Assembly: GCA_003220795.1 (NCBI GenBank)
Contig: QHTK01000050.1
Coordinates: 670-64,669, forward strand
DNA length: 64,000 nt
From: Gemmatimonadota bacterium
Lineage (GTDB): Bacteria; Gemmatimonadota; Gemmatimonadetes; Gemmatimonadales; GWC2-71-9
Direction of reading: 5' to 3'
Position 1 is the stretch's first letter. Every line of letters starts with the position of its first letter. Positions 20,544 to 29,843 of the stretch are shown here, piece by piece. The position numbers and the translations under genes are program-made. A model generated the notes under the pieces. It did no database searches. It worked only from the letters and a program-made list of their open reading frames with translations, and had not been told where the DNA came from.

Positions 20544-21032
20544 TTACGGCCCGCCCGGGTCGTCCGCGGACGGCCCGTAAATCGCGGGCACCTTGCCACC
20601 CATCGGGCGCAGATAGGTGGTGAGCTGCCCGCGGTGATGGATGGCATCGAAGAACATTCCCCACACGAAGTTCTCGATCGTGTCTTCCCAAGGAGGCGCA
20701 CCCTCCATCAGAAACCGCCCCTGCTTGGTCCATCCCGTTTCGTCCAGGCGCTCGAGTCGATCGTTCACCGCCCTCGCGTCCCGCTCGTACGATGCCACGA
20801 TGTCTGCCAAGCGCGCGCCGGGAGGCTGGTTTTTCCACTGCACGGTCCCGGTGTCGAGGAGGCTGACGAGCGCGGCCTCCTCGGCCGCGAGCAACGTGGC
20901 GAGCTCAGCGGCGCTGCGCGATTTCGGCTCGGGCCGGTACTCCTGCCGGCCCTGGGGCACGGCTTTGAGCACTTTGGTGAACGTCGGGATTTCCGTCTTG
21001 CGGCGGGCGAGGCAGAATGCGCGGGTCGACAT
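20544..21032 (-). CDS. DinB/YfiT-family four-helix protein
   Basis: YRPEPKSRS...AIHHRGQLTTYLRPMGGKVPAIYGPSAD. Confidence 0.85.
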   Translation of the reverse strand: MSTRAFCLARRKTEIPTFTKVLKAVPQGRQEYRPEPKSRSAAELATLLAAEEAALVSLLDTGTVQWKNQPPGARLADIVASYERDARAVNDRLERLDETGWTKQGRFLMEGAPPWEDTIENFVWGMFFDAIHHRGQLTTYLRPMGGKVPAIYGPSADDPGGP

Positions 21033-21110
21033 GGGGAGAGCTCCGAAATTGGGGACCCGAATATATCCCGAAGCGCCGCCGGCCGCCAGACCTGCGCACA
21101 GGCGGCGGGA

Positions 21111-22118
21111 TTAAGAGGTGACGATCGCGCGGCGATCGCCGTTCCGTGCGCCGCACTGCCTGAAGAGCTCGGCAAACGTGGCTGCGTACGGCTCGAGAAG
21201 CATGTTGTTGACGTTGCAGCCATCCGGTCCGAAGTACTCTTCGGCGTGCGGCACGACTGATCGCCAGCGCAGCGGCTCGTCGCGGGAACGCACCGAATCC
21301 TCGGAGGGCACGAACAAGCAGACCCGACCCGCATAATGACCAGGGGTGTAGCGACGCCCCGCCGCCAACGTGGCGCGCTCCACTTTGGCGCGCAGGACCA
21401 GAGCCGGATCCGGCGTGGCAGCACGCTCGGCGGCGCGCTGCGCCTTGCGCTGGCGCAGCTTCTCGGCCACGTACGACCGCCGCTCCTCGGACGACAGCGA
21501 TACCAGCGCACGGGTGTGTCCGACCACCCATTCCACCTGTTGTGCGAATCGCTCCCGCAGGAGCGGCAAGCGTCGGAACCTGGCCGGATACGGGGCGCCG
21601 AACAGGGCGAGCAAGCTGATCGCGGTGCCCTCTTGGAGCAATCGTCGCGCCAGCTCGAACGCGATCATGCCGCCGGCGCAGAAGCCGGCGATGATGTACG
21701 GACCATGCGGCCGGCAGGCGCGGATCTGCGGTGCGAAGTACTCGGCCAGATCCTCGACGCGCGCCAGCGGCTTGCTCTCGTCCTCGAGGCCCGGAGGTTG
21801 GAGCCCGTACAACGGCTGCTCATCGCCCAGGTGCCGGGCGATGTAGCGGTAGCAGAACACGTCGCCGTTGTGTCCTCCCACGCCAAAGATGGGCGTGCGG
21901 TTCCCGTGCGGCTGCAATGGTACGATGGCCCGCGGCCGCTGCGCGAGCGTGCCGGCCACGCGCAAGAATTCCAGGATATCGTTCTTGCGTTGCTGCAGCC
22001 GATCGCGCAGCTCGGGCGTTAGCACGTCGGGGGGACCATTGCACCGCAGCCGGTCGCCGTCCGCCCACACGTGAATGTCCCGGCCGCGTAGCTCCGCGAG
22101 AAACGCCGACACCGTCAC
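21111..22118 (-). CDS. Thioesterase-fold protein with N-terminal TubC_N/beta-hairpin docking domain; GFCAG nucleophile elbow
   Basis: FLAELRGRDIHVWADGDRLRC...LQQRKNDILEFL; IVPLQPHG..PIF, PLYGLQ, GPYIIAGFCAGG; GTGA overlap with the PKS stop codon. Confidence 0.85.
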   Translation of the reverse strand: MTVSAFLAELRGRDIHVWADGDRLRCNGPPDVLTPELRDRLQQRKNDILEFLRVAGTLAQRPRAIVPLQPHGNRTPIFGVGGHNGDVFCYRYIARHLGDEQPLYGLQPPGLEDESKPLARVEDLAEYFAPQIRACRPHGPYIIAGFCAGGMIAFELARRLLQEGTAISLLALFGAPYPARFRRLPLLRERFAQQVEWVVGHTRALVSLSSEERRSYVAEKLRQRKAQRAAERAATPDPALVLRAKVERATLAAGRRYTPGHYAGRVCLFVPSEDSVRSRDEPLRWRSVVPHAEEYFGPDGCNVNNMLLEPYAATFAELFRQCGARNGDRRAIVTS

Positions 22119-25100
22119 AGCTCGATCTCCACCCGGTTGCCGGCTACCGCGCGCCCCGTCGGAGCGCTCGTCGCCCACGCCAGCGCATCGATATAGCGCG
22201 ACAGTTCCGCGACCGTCGGTGCATCAAACAGCGCTCTTACCGGCAAGTCGATCTCGAAGGCCCTCCGCAGTTCGGCCACAATCCTGACCGCCAAGAGAGA
22301 GTGCCCACCCAGCTCCGCAAAACTGTCATGGATGCCCACTTCCTTGATCCCCAGGGCATCCTGCAAGATGCCAGCAATCTGCTTCTCCCTTTCATCCCGC
22401 GGCGCATCATAGCTGGTCTGCAACCTGGGCCGCGGGGCAAGCGCCGATCGAGTCGCACTCGCCACCAGGGCAGGGCCCTGCGCATTCAGTGATTCCAGCT
22501 TGATCCACTGATCGATGCGTGCGCCGAGATCGCCCGTCGACACGACGAGTTGGCTGGCAGTCTTCACGGCCAGCACGGTTTCCATCATCGCCGTCGCTTC
22601 CGGGGCGCTCATGCCCAGTTCCTTGAGCGTTGTCCCGAGACCCGACTCCCTCGCCGTGTCGTCCTCCAGGCGCCAAACGTCCCAGTTCACGCTCAGCCAG
22701 GGTACGGGGGATGTCCGGTTGTGTCGGCGCGCAAACGCGTCCATGTAGATGTTGGACGCGGCGTAGGCGGCCTGCCCGATGCCGCCGAGCACGGATGTCA
22801 AGGAGGACATGAGCAGGCAGAAGTCCAACGGTTTGCCGTCGAGCACGTCTTCCAGCACATGCAAACCGTGTACCTTGGCCTGAAAGTGCCCATCACAATT
22901 GTCAGGGTCGCTCTCTTTGATCTCGCGATAGCCGTCGTCTCCCACGATGCCCGCCCCATGGATGACGCCGTGGAGAACGCCAAAGCGTCGCTCCGCTTGC
23001 TCGATGACCCCTCGCATGGCGGTGGCATCCGCCACACTCGCGTTCACATACAGGACCTCGCCGCCCAGTTTCTCGATCTTCCGAACCGCGCCGATGCTCG
23101 TGCTGACGGGATCATCGGCTGGGTGGCTGCCGATCCACGCGTCCCAGGATTCTCTGCCGGGCAGGCGCGAACGCCCGACCAGCACGAGCCTCGCCCGGTA
23201 GCGCTCGGCGAGGTCCGCCGAGATCGCGACACCGATCTTGCCGAGGCCACCGGTGATGAGATACACACCGCCCTGCCGGAAGGGCGAGCGGTGAGCGGTG
23301 TTGCCTGGTACGACACGCTCGTAGGTCTGCACCCAGCGCTGCCCGTTTCGATAGGCAACGAACAGGCTCGCATCAGAGTCCAGCAGCTCTCCAACAAGGC
23401 GATCCGCGGCGGCGTCGTGCTCACTGGCAGGTGCCGCGACATCGAAATCGACATCGATACTCTTCACGCGGACATTGGCGTACTCTTGACGAATCACCAT
23501 GCACGGCCCCAGCAGCGTCGCTTTCTCCGGGCAGACGGTTTCCGTACAAGAGACCTCGTGGACGTTGTTGGAGAACGCGAACAGCTTGATCTCGTGTCGC
23601 ACGTTGTGTGCGGCGAGCGCACGGGCCAGAAACACCAGGCTGAAAAAGCCTCGGGCCTGCGCCTGCCTGAAACGGTCGCCCGCCGGTTGAGGTGCAGGAA
23701 TGCCGGTGACACTCCAGGCATGCACGATGCGATCCGGCAGGGAGCGAGTCGCCTCCAGGGCTCGGATCAGCAAGTCATAGTGCTGCGAGTTCGCGGGTTC
23801 GATGGTGAACGTGTGAGGGTCCGCTTGTTGAAAGCGTGTGCCGATCCGCACGGTCACCACGGTGTGACCAGCGGCCTCGAGCCGTGTCACCAGGGTGGAG
23901 GCCAGCCCGGAATCATCGGCACATACCAGCCACGTTCTGGCACTCTCGTGCTGCAAGGCCGCTTCATGGATGTCGATGGCACTCGGCAACAGACGAGTCC
24001 AGGACGGCACGTACAGCCATTCGGAACGGTTCGGGTTCTTGTGAACCGTCACGTCCGTCGGCGGAGCGTCCGGTGCGACACGCAGTGGCTCCAGCCAGTG
24101 CTCCTGTCGCTCGAAAGGATACGTCGGCAACGCCACTCTGCGGCGCTGCCCACCGGACGGGACGTTGTCCCACGTGAGCTCGGCGCCTGACAGCCACAGC
24201 CTGGCGATGCCGTGCCACAGGAATTCGACGTCCGATTGGTTTTCGTAATGGTGCCGGATCGAGGACACCACCACCGGATCTCCGCCATCCCGGCGGTCCG
24301 GATGCTGCATCGCCAGCACGCCCAGCGTCCGGCCGGGCCCGGCTTCCAGGAGGATGGGATTCTTGAATTGCCAGAGTTCATGCAAGGCATCGCTGAACCT
24401 GGCGGTTCGAGTGCCATGCGTCGCCCAATAGGACGGCGTGGTCGCCTCGCGTCGCGTAATCCAGGTCCCGGTGACGTTGGAGATGTAGGGAATCGTCGGC
24501 TCGCCCAAACGAACCTTCCCCACCTCTTCCTCGAATGCCTGCACGATCGGATCAAGCATGCGCGAGTGAAAGGCGTGGGCATTCTGCACGGGCCGACAAA
24601 TGATGCTCTTGGCGTTCAACATCCGCTCGAACTCGCGGATCGCCGCAGCCGGACCTGCCACCACACACAAACGTGGCCCGTTGATCAACGAGATCGACAG
24701 CTCCTCGGTCAGTAGGGGAAGCAGTTCCTGTTCCGGCAGCGTCACGGCGAGCATGGCTCCCTGCGGCAACGCATGGACGAGCCTGGCTCGCGACGCGATC
24801 AGCCGCACGGCATCCTCCAGCGACAACACCCCAGCCAGACACGCCGCCACGTATTCACCCATGCTGTGACCGACAATGGCGTCGGGCGTGATACCCAACG
24901 ATTGCCAGAGACGGGTCATGGCATATTCGATCGTGAACAGCGCCGGCTGGGCAAACAGCGTCTGGTTGAGCGTCCGGGCGTCTGGATCCTCCGCGGCAGC
25001 CGTCGTGCGACCGAGCATCTCCTTCAGGTCGATCCCCTTGCTCTTGCCCGCCTTCTTCCAGCGCTGGCCAGGTGGGTACAGGATGTTGCGGATGTCGATC

Positions 25101-26806
25101 TCCAGGTGCGGCTCGAGCAAGCGCGCGCAGCGATCGACTTCTTGCCTGAACACGGGCCACCCTTCGTACACATCATGGGCCATGCCCGGGTAGTGATCGC
25201 CGATACCGGGCAGCAACAGGATCACCGGTCGCCGTGGCTCGCTGGTGCGGCCGGTAACGACGCGCTTCGAGTCTTCCTGTCCGAGGGCGGTAATGGCGTC
25301 CGCGCGGTCGACGCAGACGAGACCCCGCCGATGTGGAAACGCTTTGCGTCCGATGCGCAGGGTGTGAGCCACGTCGCTCAGGTTCACGCAGTCGTTCCCG
25401 ATCAGGAACTCCCGTAAGCGCTGCGTGGCCAGGTCGAGCGCCGTTCTAGTCTTCGCCGACAGCAGCAGCACGTGAGGAGGACGGGCATCCGTCGATGCAG
25501 CCGGCTCCGGCGCTTCCTCGAGCACGAGGTGGGCGTTCGTGCCGCCCATGCCGGTGGACATCACGCCGGCTCGTCTGGGTCCGTCGCTGGTCCAGTCCCG
25601 CAAGCGCGTGTTCACGTAGAATGGCGTGCGGGCAAAATCGATTTCGGGATTGGCCTCCGTGAAGTGGAGACTGGGCGGAAGCTGTCGGTGCTGGAGGGCA
25701 AGGACCGTCTTGATGATACCGGTGACGGCCGCCGCGGCGTCGAGGTGTCCCACATTGGTCTTTACCGAACCGATGGCGCAGTAGCCGGAGCGCTGGGTAA
25801 AGGTGCGGAACGCCTTGGTCAAGGCTCGGACCTCGATGGGATCCCCGACTGGCGTTCCCGAGCCGTGGGCCTCGAGGTAGGTGATGCCGTCGGCCTCGAC
25901 CCCGGCATTGGCCAGCGCCTCCACTACCGCATCGGCCTGGCTGTCGACGCTGGGCGCCGTGTAACCGGCCTTGGCCGCACCATCGTTGTTGACGGCCGAT
26001 CCCTTGATCACGGCGTGGATGGCGTCCCCGTCCGCGAGGGCGTCCGCCAACCGCTTCAGCACCAGGATGCCGCCGCCGCTACCGAACACGGTGCCGTTGG
26101 CCTTGGCGTCAAACGCCCTGACGTGCCCGTCCGGCGAGACGACTCCGCCACCATCACAGAAGTAGCCTGCGCGATGCGGGACCCGCACTGACACTGCCCC
26201 AGCCAAGGCCATGTCGATTTCTTCACTCAAGAGGCTCTGACGGGCCAGGTGGACGGCCACCATGGAGGTCGAGCACGCCGTCTGAACGGTGATGCTGGGC
26301 CCCTTCAAGTTGAGCTTGTAAGAGATCCTGGTGCTCAGAAAATCCTTGTCGTTGCCGATGAGGGTGGGGATGTACTCCTCGGCGAGGCGGCGGTTCAGCC
26401 CGACGTTCGTGAAATAGGTGTTCAGGGCGGTTCCGCTGAACACGCCGACGCGTCCCTGCCAGCGATCCGGGTCATACCCGGCGTGCTCGAGCGCCTCATA
26501 GGCCAGTTCCAACAGGAGCCGGTGCTGTGGATCCATCGTCTTGGCTTCCATCGGCGAGAAGCCGAAGAATCCTGCGTCAAAACCGCCCGGCTGCTCCAGG
26601 ATCGGCGCGGCTTTTACGTAGCTCGGGTTGCTGAGATAGGATGGCGGCACGCCCGATTCCAGGATCTCCTGATCGGAAAGCCGAGCAATCGACTCGATGC
26701 CTGCGGTCAGGTTACGCCAGAACTCGTCGATGTCGCGCGCGCCTGGGAAGCGACCGGCCATCCCGACGATGGCGATATCGGACTCGGTATGCACGGCAGT
26801 CATCAA
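22115..26806 (-). CDS. Type I PKS module KS-AT-KR-ACP
   Basis: KS: DIAIVGMAGRFP, NDKD, VQTACSTS, HGSGT, NVGH. AT: GHSMG, HAFH. KR: GGLGKIG, QAAYAASN. ACP: GGHSL. Confidence 0.95.
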   Translation of the reverse strand: MMTAVHTESDIAIVGMAGRFPGARDIDEFWRNLTAGIESIARLSDQEILESGVPPSYLSNPSYVKAAPILEQPGGFDAGFFGFSPMEAKTMDPQHRLLLELAYEALEHAGYDPDRWQGRVGVFSGTALNTYFTNVGLNRRLAEEYIPTLIGNDKDFLSTRISYKLNLKGPSITVQTACSTSMVAVHLARQSLLSEEIDMALAGAVSVRVPHRAGYFCDGGGVVSPDGHVRAFDAKANGTVFGSGGGILVLKRLADALADGDAIHAVIKGSAVNNDGAAKAGYTAPSVDSQADAVVEALANAGVEADGITYLEAHGSGTPVGDPIEVRALTKAFRTFTQRSGYCAIGSVKTNVGHLDAAAAVTGIIKTVLALQHRQLPPSLHFTEANPEIDFARTPFYVNTRLRDWTSDGPRRAGVMSTGMGGTNAHLVLEEAPEPAASTDARPPHVLLLSAKTRTALDLATQRLREFLIGNDCVNLSDVAHTLRIGRKAFPHRRGLVCVDRADAITALGQEDSKRVVTGRTSEPRRPVILLLPGIGDHYPGMAHDVYEGWPVFRQEVDRCARLLEPHLEIDIRNILYPPGQRWKKAGKSKGIDLKEMLGRTTAAAEDPDARTLNQTLFAQPALFTIEYAMTRLWQSLGITPDAIVGHSMGEYVAACLAGVLSLEDAVRLIASRARLVHALPQGAMLAVTLPEQELLPLLTEELSISLINGPRLCVVAGPAAAIREFERMLNAKSIICRPVQNAHAFHSRMLDPIVQAFEEEVGKVRLGEPTIPYISNVTGTWITRREATTPSYWATHGTRTARFSDALHELWQFKNPILLEAGPGRTLGVLAMQHPDRRDGGDPVVVSSIRHHYENQSDVEFLWHGIARLWLSGAELTWDNVPSGGQRRRVALPTYPFERQEHWLEPLRVAPDAPPTDVTVHKNPNRSEWLYVPSWTRLLPSAIDIHEAALQHESARTWLVCADDSGLASTLVTRLEAAGHTVVTVRIGTRFQQADPHTFTIEPANSQHYDLLIRALEATRSLPDRIVHAWSVTGIPAPQPAGDRFRQAQARGFFSLVFLARALAAHNVRHEIKLFAFSNNVHEVSCTETVCPEKATLLGPCMVIRQEYANVRVKSIDVDFDVAAPASEHDAAADRLVGELLDSDASLFVAYRNGQRWVQTYERVVPGNTAHRSPFRQGGVYLITGGLGKIGVAISADLAERYRARLVLVGRSRLPGRESWDAWIGSHPADDPVSTSIGAVRKIEKLGGEVLYVNASVADATAMRGVIEQAERRFGVLHGVIHGAGIVGDDGYREIKESDPDNCDGHFQAKVHGLHVLEDVLDGKPLDFCLLMSSLTSVLGGIGQAAYAASNIYMDAFARRHNRTSPVPWLSVNWDVWRLEDDTARESGLGTTLKELGMSAPEATAMMETVLAVKTASQLVVSTGDLGARIDQWIKLESLNAQGPALVASATRSALAPRPRLQTSYDAPRDEREKQIAGILQDALGIKEVGIHDSFAELGGHSLLAVRIVAELRRAFEIDLPVRALFDAPTVAELSRYIDALAWATSAPTGRAVAGNRVEIEL

Positions 26807-28437
26807 CGCCCCACCCGCATGAGCGGCTCCGGCAAGGCCTTGCGATCCGCTTTCCCGCTCGGTGTCACGGGGATTGCGTCGATTCTCTCGAATCGATTGG
26901 GGATCATATAGTCGGGAAGGTGTTGCTTGAGGAAATGCTTCAGACCCGCCATCTCCAGGTCAGATTTGCAGACCACGTACGCGACGATGAGGATGATGGT
27001 GTCCGAGTACTGCTTGACCACGGCCACGCAGTCGCTGATGCCCGGGTACTCCCGGATCGTGTTTTCAATCTCGCCCAGTTCGATGCGCAATCCCCGGATC
27101 TTTACCTGGTGATCCTCCCGGCCGAGATACTCGATATTCCCGTCCGGCAGCCAGCGGGCGATGTCGCCGGTTCGATAGACGCGTTCGCCGGGGTTCGCCG
27201 GATTGTCGGTGAACTTCTCGTCGGTCAGGGCGGCGTTGTTCAGGTAGCCGCGCGCCAGACCGATCCCCGCGATGCACAACTCACCGGGCTCCCCGATCGC
27301 CATCGACCGGCCGTCTCTGATGATGGAGAGCGTGATGTTGTGGATCGGTCTCCCGATGGGAATGATGTCGAAGTCGTTGTGCGGGGGGCAATCGAAATAG
27401 CTGACGTCGACCGTCGCCTCGGTCGGCCCGTAGAGGTTGGTGAGTCGGGTCCCGGTCTTGCTGCCCCAAATATCGTTGAACTTCCTGACGTGACTGGGCG
27501 TCAGCGCTTCACCGCTCGCAAATACCCGCCGCACCGACGCCAGCCGGTTCACCACGCCCGCAGGCTTGCCGTCCAGGTACTCGAGAAACACGTTCAGCAT
27601 CGATGGAACGAAGTGCATGACGCTGACGTGATGTGTGTCGATGGTTTCGACAATGGCCAGGGGATTCCGTTCCCCGCCCGGCACCAGGAAGCAGAGCGTG
27701 GCGCCCTGCAGGGCCCACCAGAACAACTCCCACACCGAAACGTCGAAATAGTAGGGCGTCTTTTGCAGAATGACGTCCCGGTGATCGATCGGGTAGGCGT
27801 GTTGCATCCAGTGCAAGCGGTTGACGAGAGAGCGATGCTCGATCATCACCCCCTTGGGTTTGCCGGTCGACCCCGACGTATAGATCACATAGGCCAGGTC
27901 CCGCGGCGTGTTGACGATCGCGGGGTTCGCGGTTGACGCCCGGTACACGTCGGGGTCGTCGAGATTGATGATCCGCCCCCTGAAGGCGATCCGGTCGGCG
28001 GTCTTGTTCTGCACCAACAGGACGGTGACCCCCCCATCCTTCAGCAGGTAGGAAATGCGATCCGGCGGATTGTCTGGCGAGATGGGCAGATAGGCGCCGC
28101 CGGCCTTCAGGATGCCCAGGATGCCCACGATCATGGCAAAGGAGCGTTCCACCAACAACGCGACGATGTGTCCCGGCCCGACACCCGCGGCCCGCAACAC
28201 ATGCGCCAGTTGATTGACCTTGCCATTGAGCTGCGCGTACGTGAGCGATGGCACGCCGAGCACGGAGTCGTGGTCGCAGATGACGGCCGTTCTATCGAAA
28301 TGCCTGTCGAGCTGCGCCTCGATCAATGCCTGCAGCGTGACGTTATCGGGAAACGGCGTCTCCGTGCGGTTGAATTGCGCGATCCTCGCGAGATCGGCGG
28401 CGGTAGCGACGCGTGGCGGGTGAGCGGCCATGGGCAT
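26803..28437 (-). CDS. Stand-alone adenylation domain, predicted L-Ser (ZmaJ-like)
   Basis: YTSGSTGKPKG, FDVSVW, NLYGPTEATVD, YRTGD, GKADRK; code read by eye DVWHFSLVDK = Ser; no C or PCP domain. Confidence 0.85.
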   Translation of the reverse strand: MPMAAHPPRVATAADLARIAQFNRTETPFPDNVTLQALIEAQLDRHFDRTAVICDHDSVLGVPSLTYAQLNGKVNQLAHVLRAAGVGPGHIVALLVERSFAMIVGILGILKAGGAYLPISPDNPPDRISYLLKDGGVTVLLVQNKTADRIAFRGRIINLDDPDVYRASTANPAIVNTPRDLAYVIYTSGSTGKPKGVMIEHRSLVNRLHWMQHAYPIDHRDVILQKTPYYFDVSVWELFWWALQGATLCFLVPGGERNPLAIVETIDTHHVSVMHFVPSMLNVFLEYLDGKPAGVVNRLASVRRVFASGEALTPSHVRKFNDIWGSKTGTRLTNLYGPTEATVDVSYFDCPPHNDFDIIPIGRPIHNITLSIIRDGRSMAIGEPGELCIAGIGLARGYLNNAALTDEKFTDNPANPGERVYRTGDIARWLPDGNIEYLGREDHQVKIRGLRIELGEIENTIREYPGISDCVAVVKQYSDTIILIVAYVVCKSDLEMAGLKHFLKQHLPDYMIPNRFERIDAIPVTPSGKADRKALPEPLMRVGR

Positions 28438-29576
28438 CAGTCGGATCGGGCCAACGGGCCGCATCTGCCGGCTTGATCGACGAAGATCTTCCCCAGGATG
28501 TCTTCATGGATCTGGGTGGTGCCTTCGATGATCTCCATGATCTTGGCGTCCCGGTAATACCGGGACACCGCGGAGGATCCGTGACAGCCCGCCGCCCCCT
28601 GGATCTGCACGGCATCGGACGCGGCTCGCACCACGGCTCGCGACGTGAAGTACTTGGCCATCAAGGTCTTCTCGAACGCTTCCGGACGATGGTCGTCCTC
28701 CGCGCGGCAGGCAGTGTGGCACAACGCGCTCGCGGCCTCCAAATCGGTGCCCATGCGCGCGATCAGCGATCGGACCATCCCCATGTCGCCCACGGTCTTG
28801 TCGCCGATCTTCCGCATGGCGGCGTGGGCGATGCTTTCCTCGAAGCATCCTCGCAGCAGCCCCAATGCCGAGCAGGCCGTGCTGATGCGTCCGTAGTGCA
28901 AGCCTACCGGGGCGACGTGGGACAAGGCGTAGCCGGGCTTGCCAACGAGGTTGGCGGATGGCACTTCCACATCTTGGAAGTGCAGCTGCGCCAGGCCGGC
29001 CGCGCGGAACCCCAGCAAATCGGAGATGGGTTCGATGCGCAGACCGGGAGTGTCCTTGGGCACCACACACGCCACCGAACGTCCTCCCAGGGTCCCGAAC
29101 ACCAGAAACACCGCGGCGAACTGGGCGCAGCTGATCCATTTCTTGCTTCCGTTCAGCACGAGCCCCTGTGAGTTCCCGGTGAACTCCGTCACCAGCGACT
29201 GCATGGCACTGCCGGCGCCCGGCTCCGTCAGGGCGAAGGCCCCGAGCATCTCCCCCTTGGCGAGGGGAGGAAGCCATCTGCGCTTCTGCTCCGTCGTGCC
29301 CCACTTGAGGAGCGCCATAGACACCATCGCTTGGACCGTGAGGACGCCCGTCAAAGCGGACGATGCTCTCCCGAAGGCTTCATTCAGCAAACCGAACGTG
29401 ACGATATCCCATCCCTGGCCGCCATACTCCGGCGGCAGACTGCAGCCCAGGTAGCCGGCCTGGGCCATCTGCGAGATCACGCCCGCGGGGACCTGCTGGT
29501 CCCGGTCCCACTGCTCGGCGAACGGGGCGACGTTCAGCGTGACAAAGGCCTTGAATTCCTCTCTCTTCTCAACCAC
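28437..29576 (-). CDS. Acyl-ACP dehydrogenase (FkbI/ZmaI/ClbF-like)
   Basis: AFALTEPGAGS, LNGSKKWIS, AVQIQGAAG, YYRDAKIMEIIEGTTQI; start 29576 (GTG) or 29603. Confidence 0.88.
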   Translation of the reverse strand: MVEKREEFKAFVTLNVAPFAEQWDRDQQVPAGVISQMAQAGYLGCSLPPEYGGQGWDIVTFGLLNEAFGRASSALTGVLTVQAMVSMALLKWGTTEQKRRWLPPLAKGEMLGAFALTEPGAGSAMQSLVTEFTGNSQGLVLNGSKKWISCAQFAAVFLVFGTLGGRSVACVVPKDTPGLRIEPISDLLGFRAAGLAQLHFQDVEVPSANLVGKPGYALSHVAPVGLHYGRISTACSALGLLRGCFEESIAHAAMRKIGDKTVGDMGMVRSLIARMGTDLEAASALCHTACRAEDDHRPEAFEKTLMAKYFTSRAVVRAASDAVQIQGAAGCHGSSAVSRYYRDAKIMEIIEGTTQIHEDILGKIFVDQAGRCGPLARSD

Positions 29577-29832
29577 TCGGCCGTCCGTTCTTGCGCAGGA
29601 CAAAGGCCGTCGTCGCGTTGAGCGACTTGAAATTCTCGATGTCCAGATCGTCCCGCCCCATTTCCATAGCGAACGTCTTCTCGATGAAGGTCATCAACTG
29701 CACCGCAAACAAGGAATTGACGATTCCCGATTCGAACAGGTTGGCGTCATCGTCCAAGTCCGGGACGGCGATCGAGCTCAGGATGAAGCTCCGGATCGTG
29801 TGTTTGATGCCGTTCGGGTCCGCGGTGCTCAT
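29569..29832 (-). CDS. Discrete acyl carrier protein (FkbJ/ZmaH/ClbE-like)
   Basis: LFESGIVNSLFAVQLMTFIEKTF...DLDIENFKS; GGAGGAG RBS before ATG 29832. Confidence 0.88.
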   Translation of the reverse strand: MSTADPNGIKHTIRSFILSSIAVPDLDDDANLFESGIVNSLFAVQLMTFIEKTFAMEMGRDDLDIENFKSLNATTAFVLRKNGRPSG

Positions 29833-29843
29833 GGACTCCTCCG

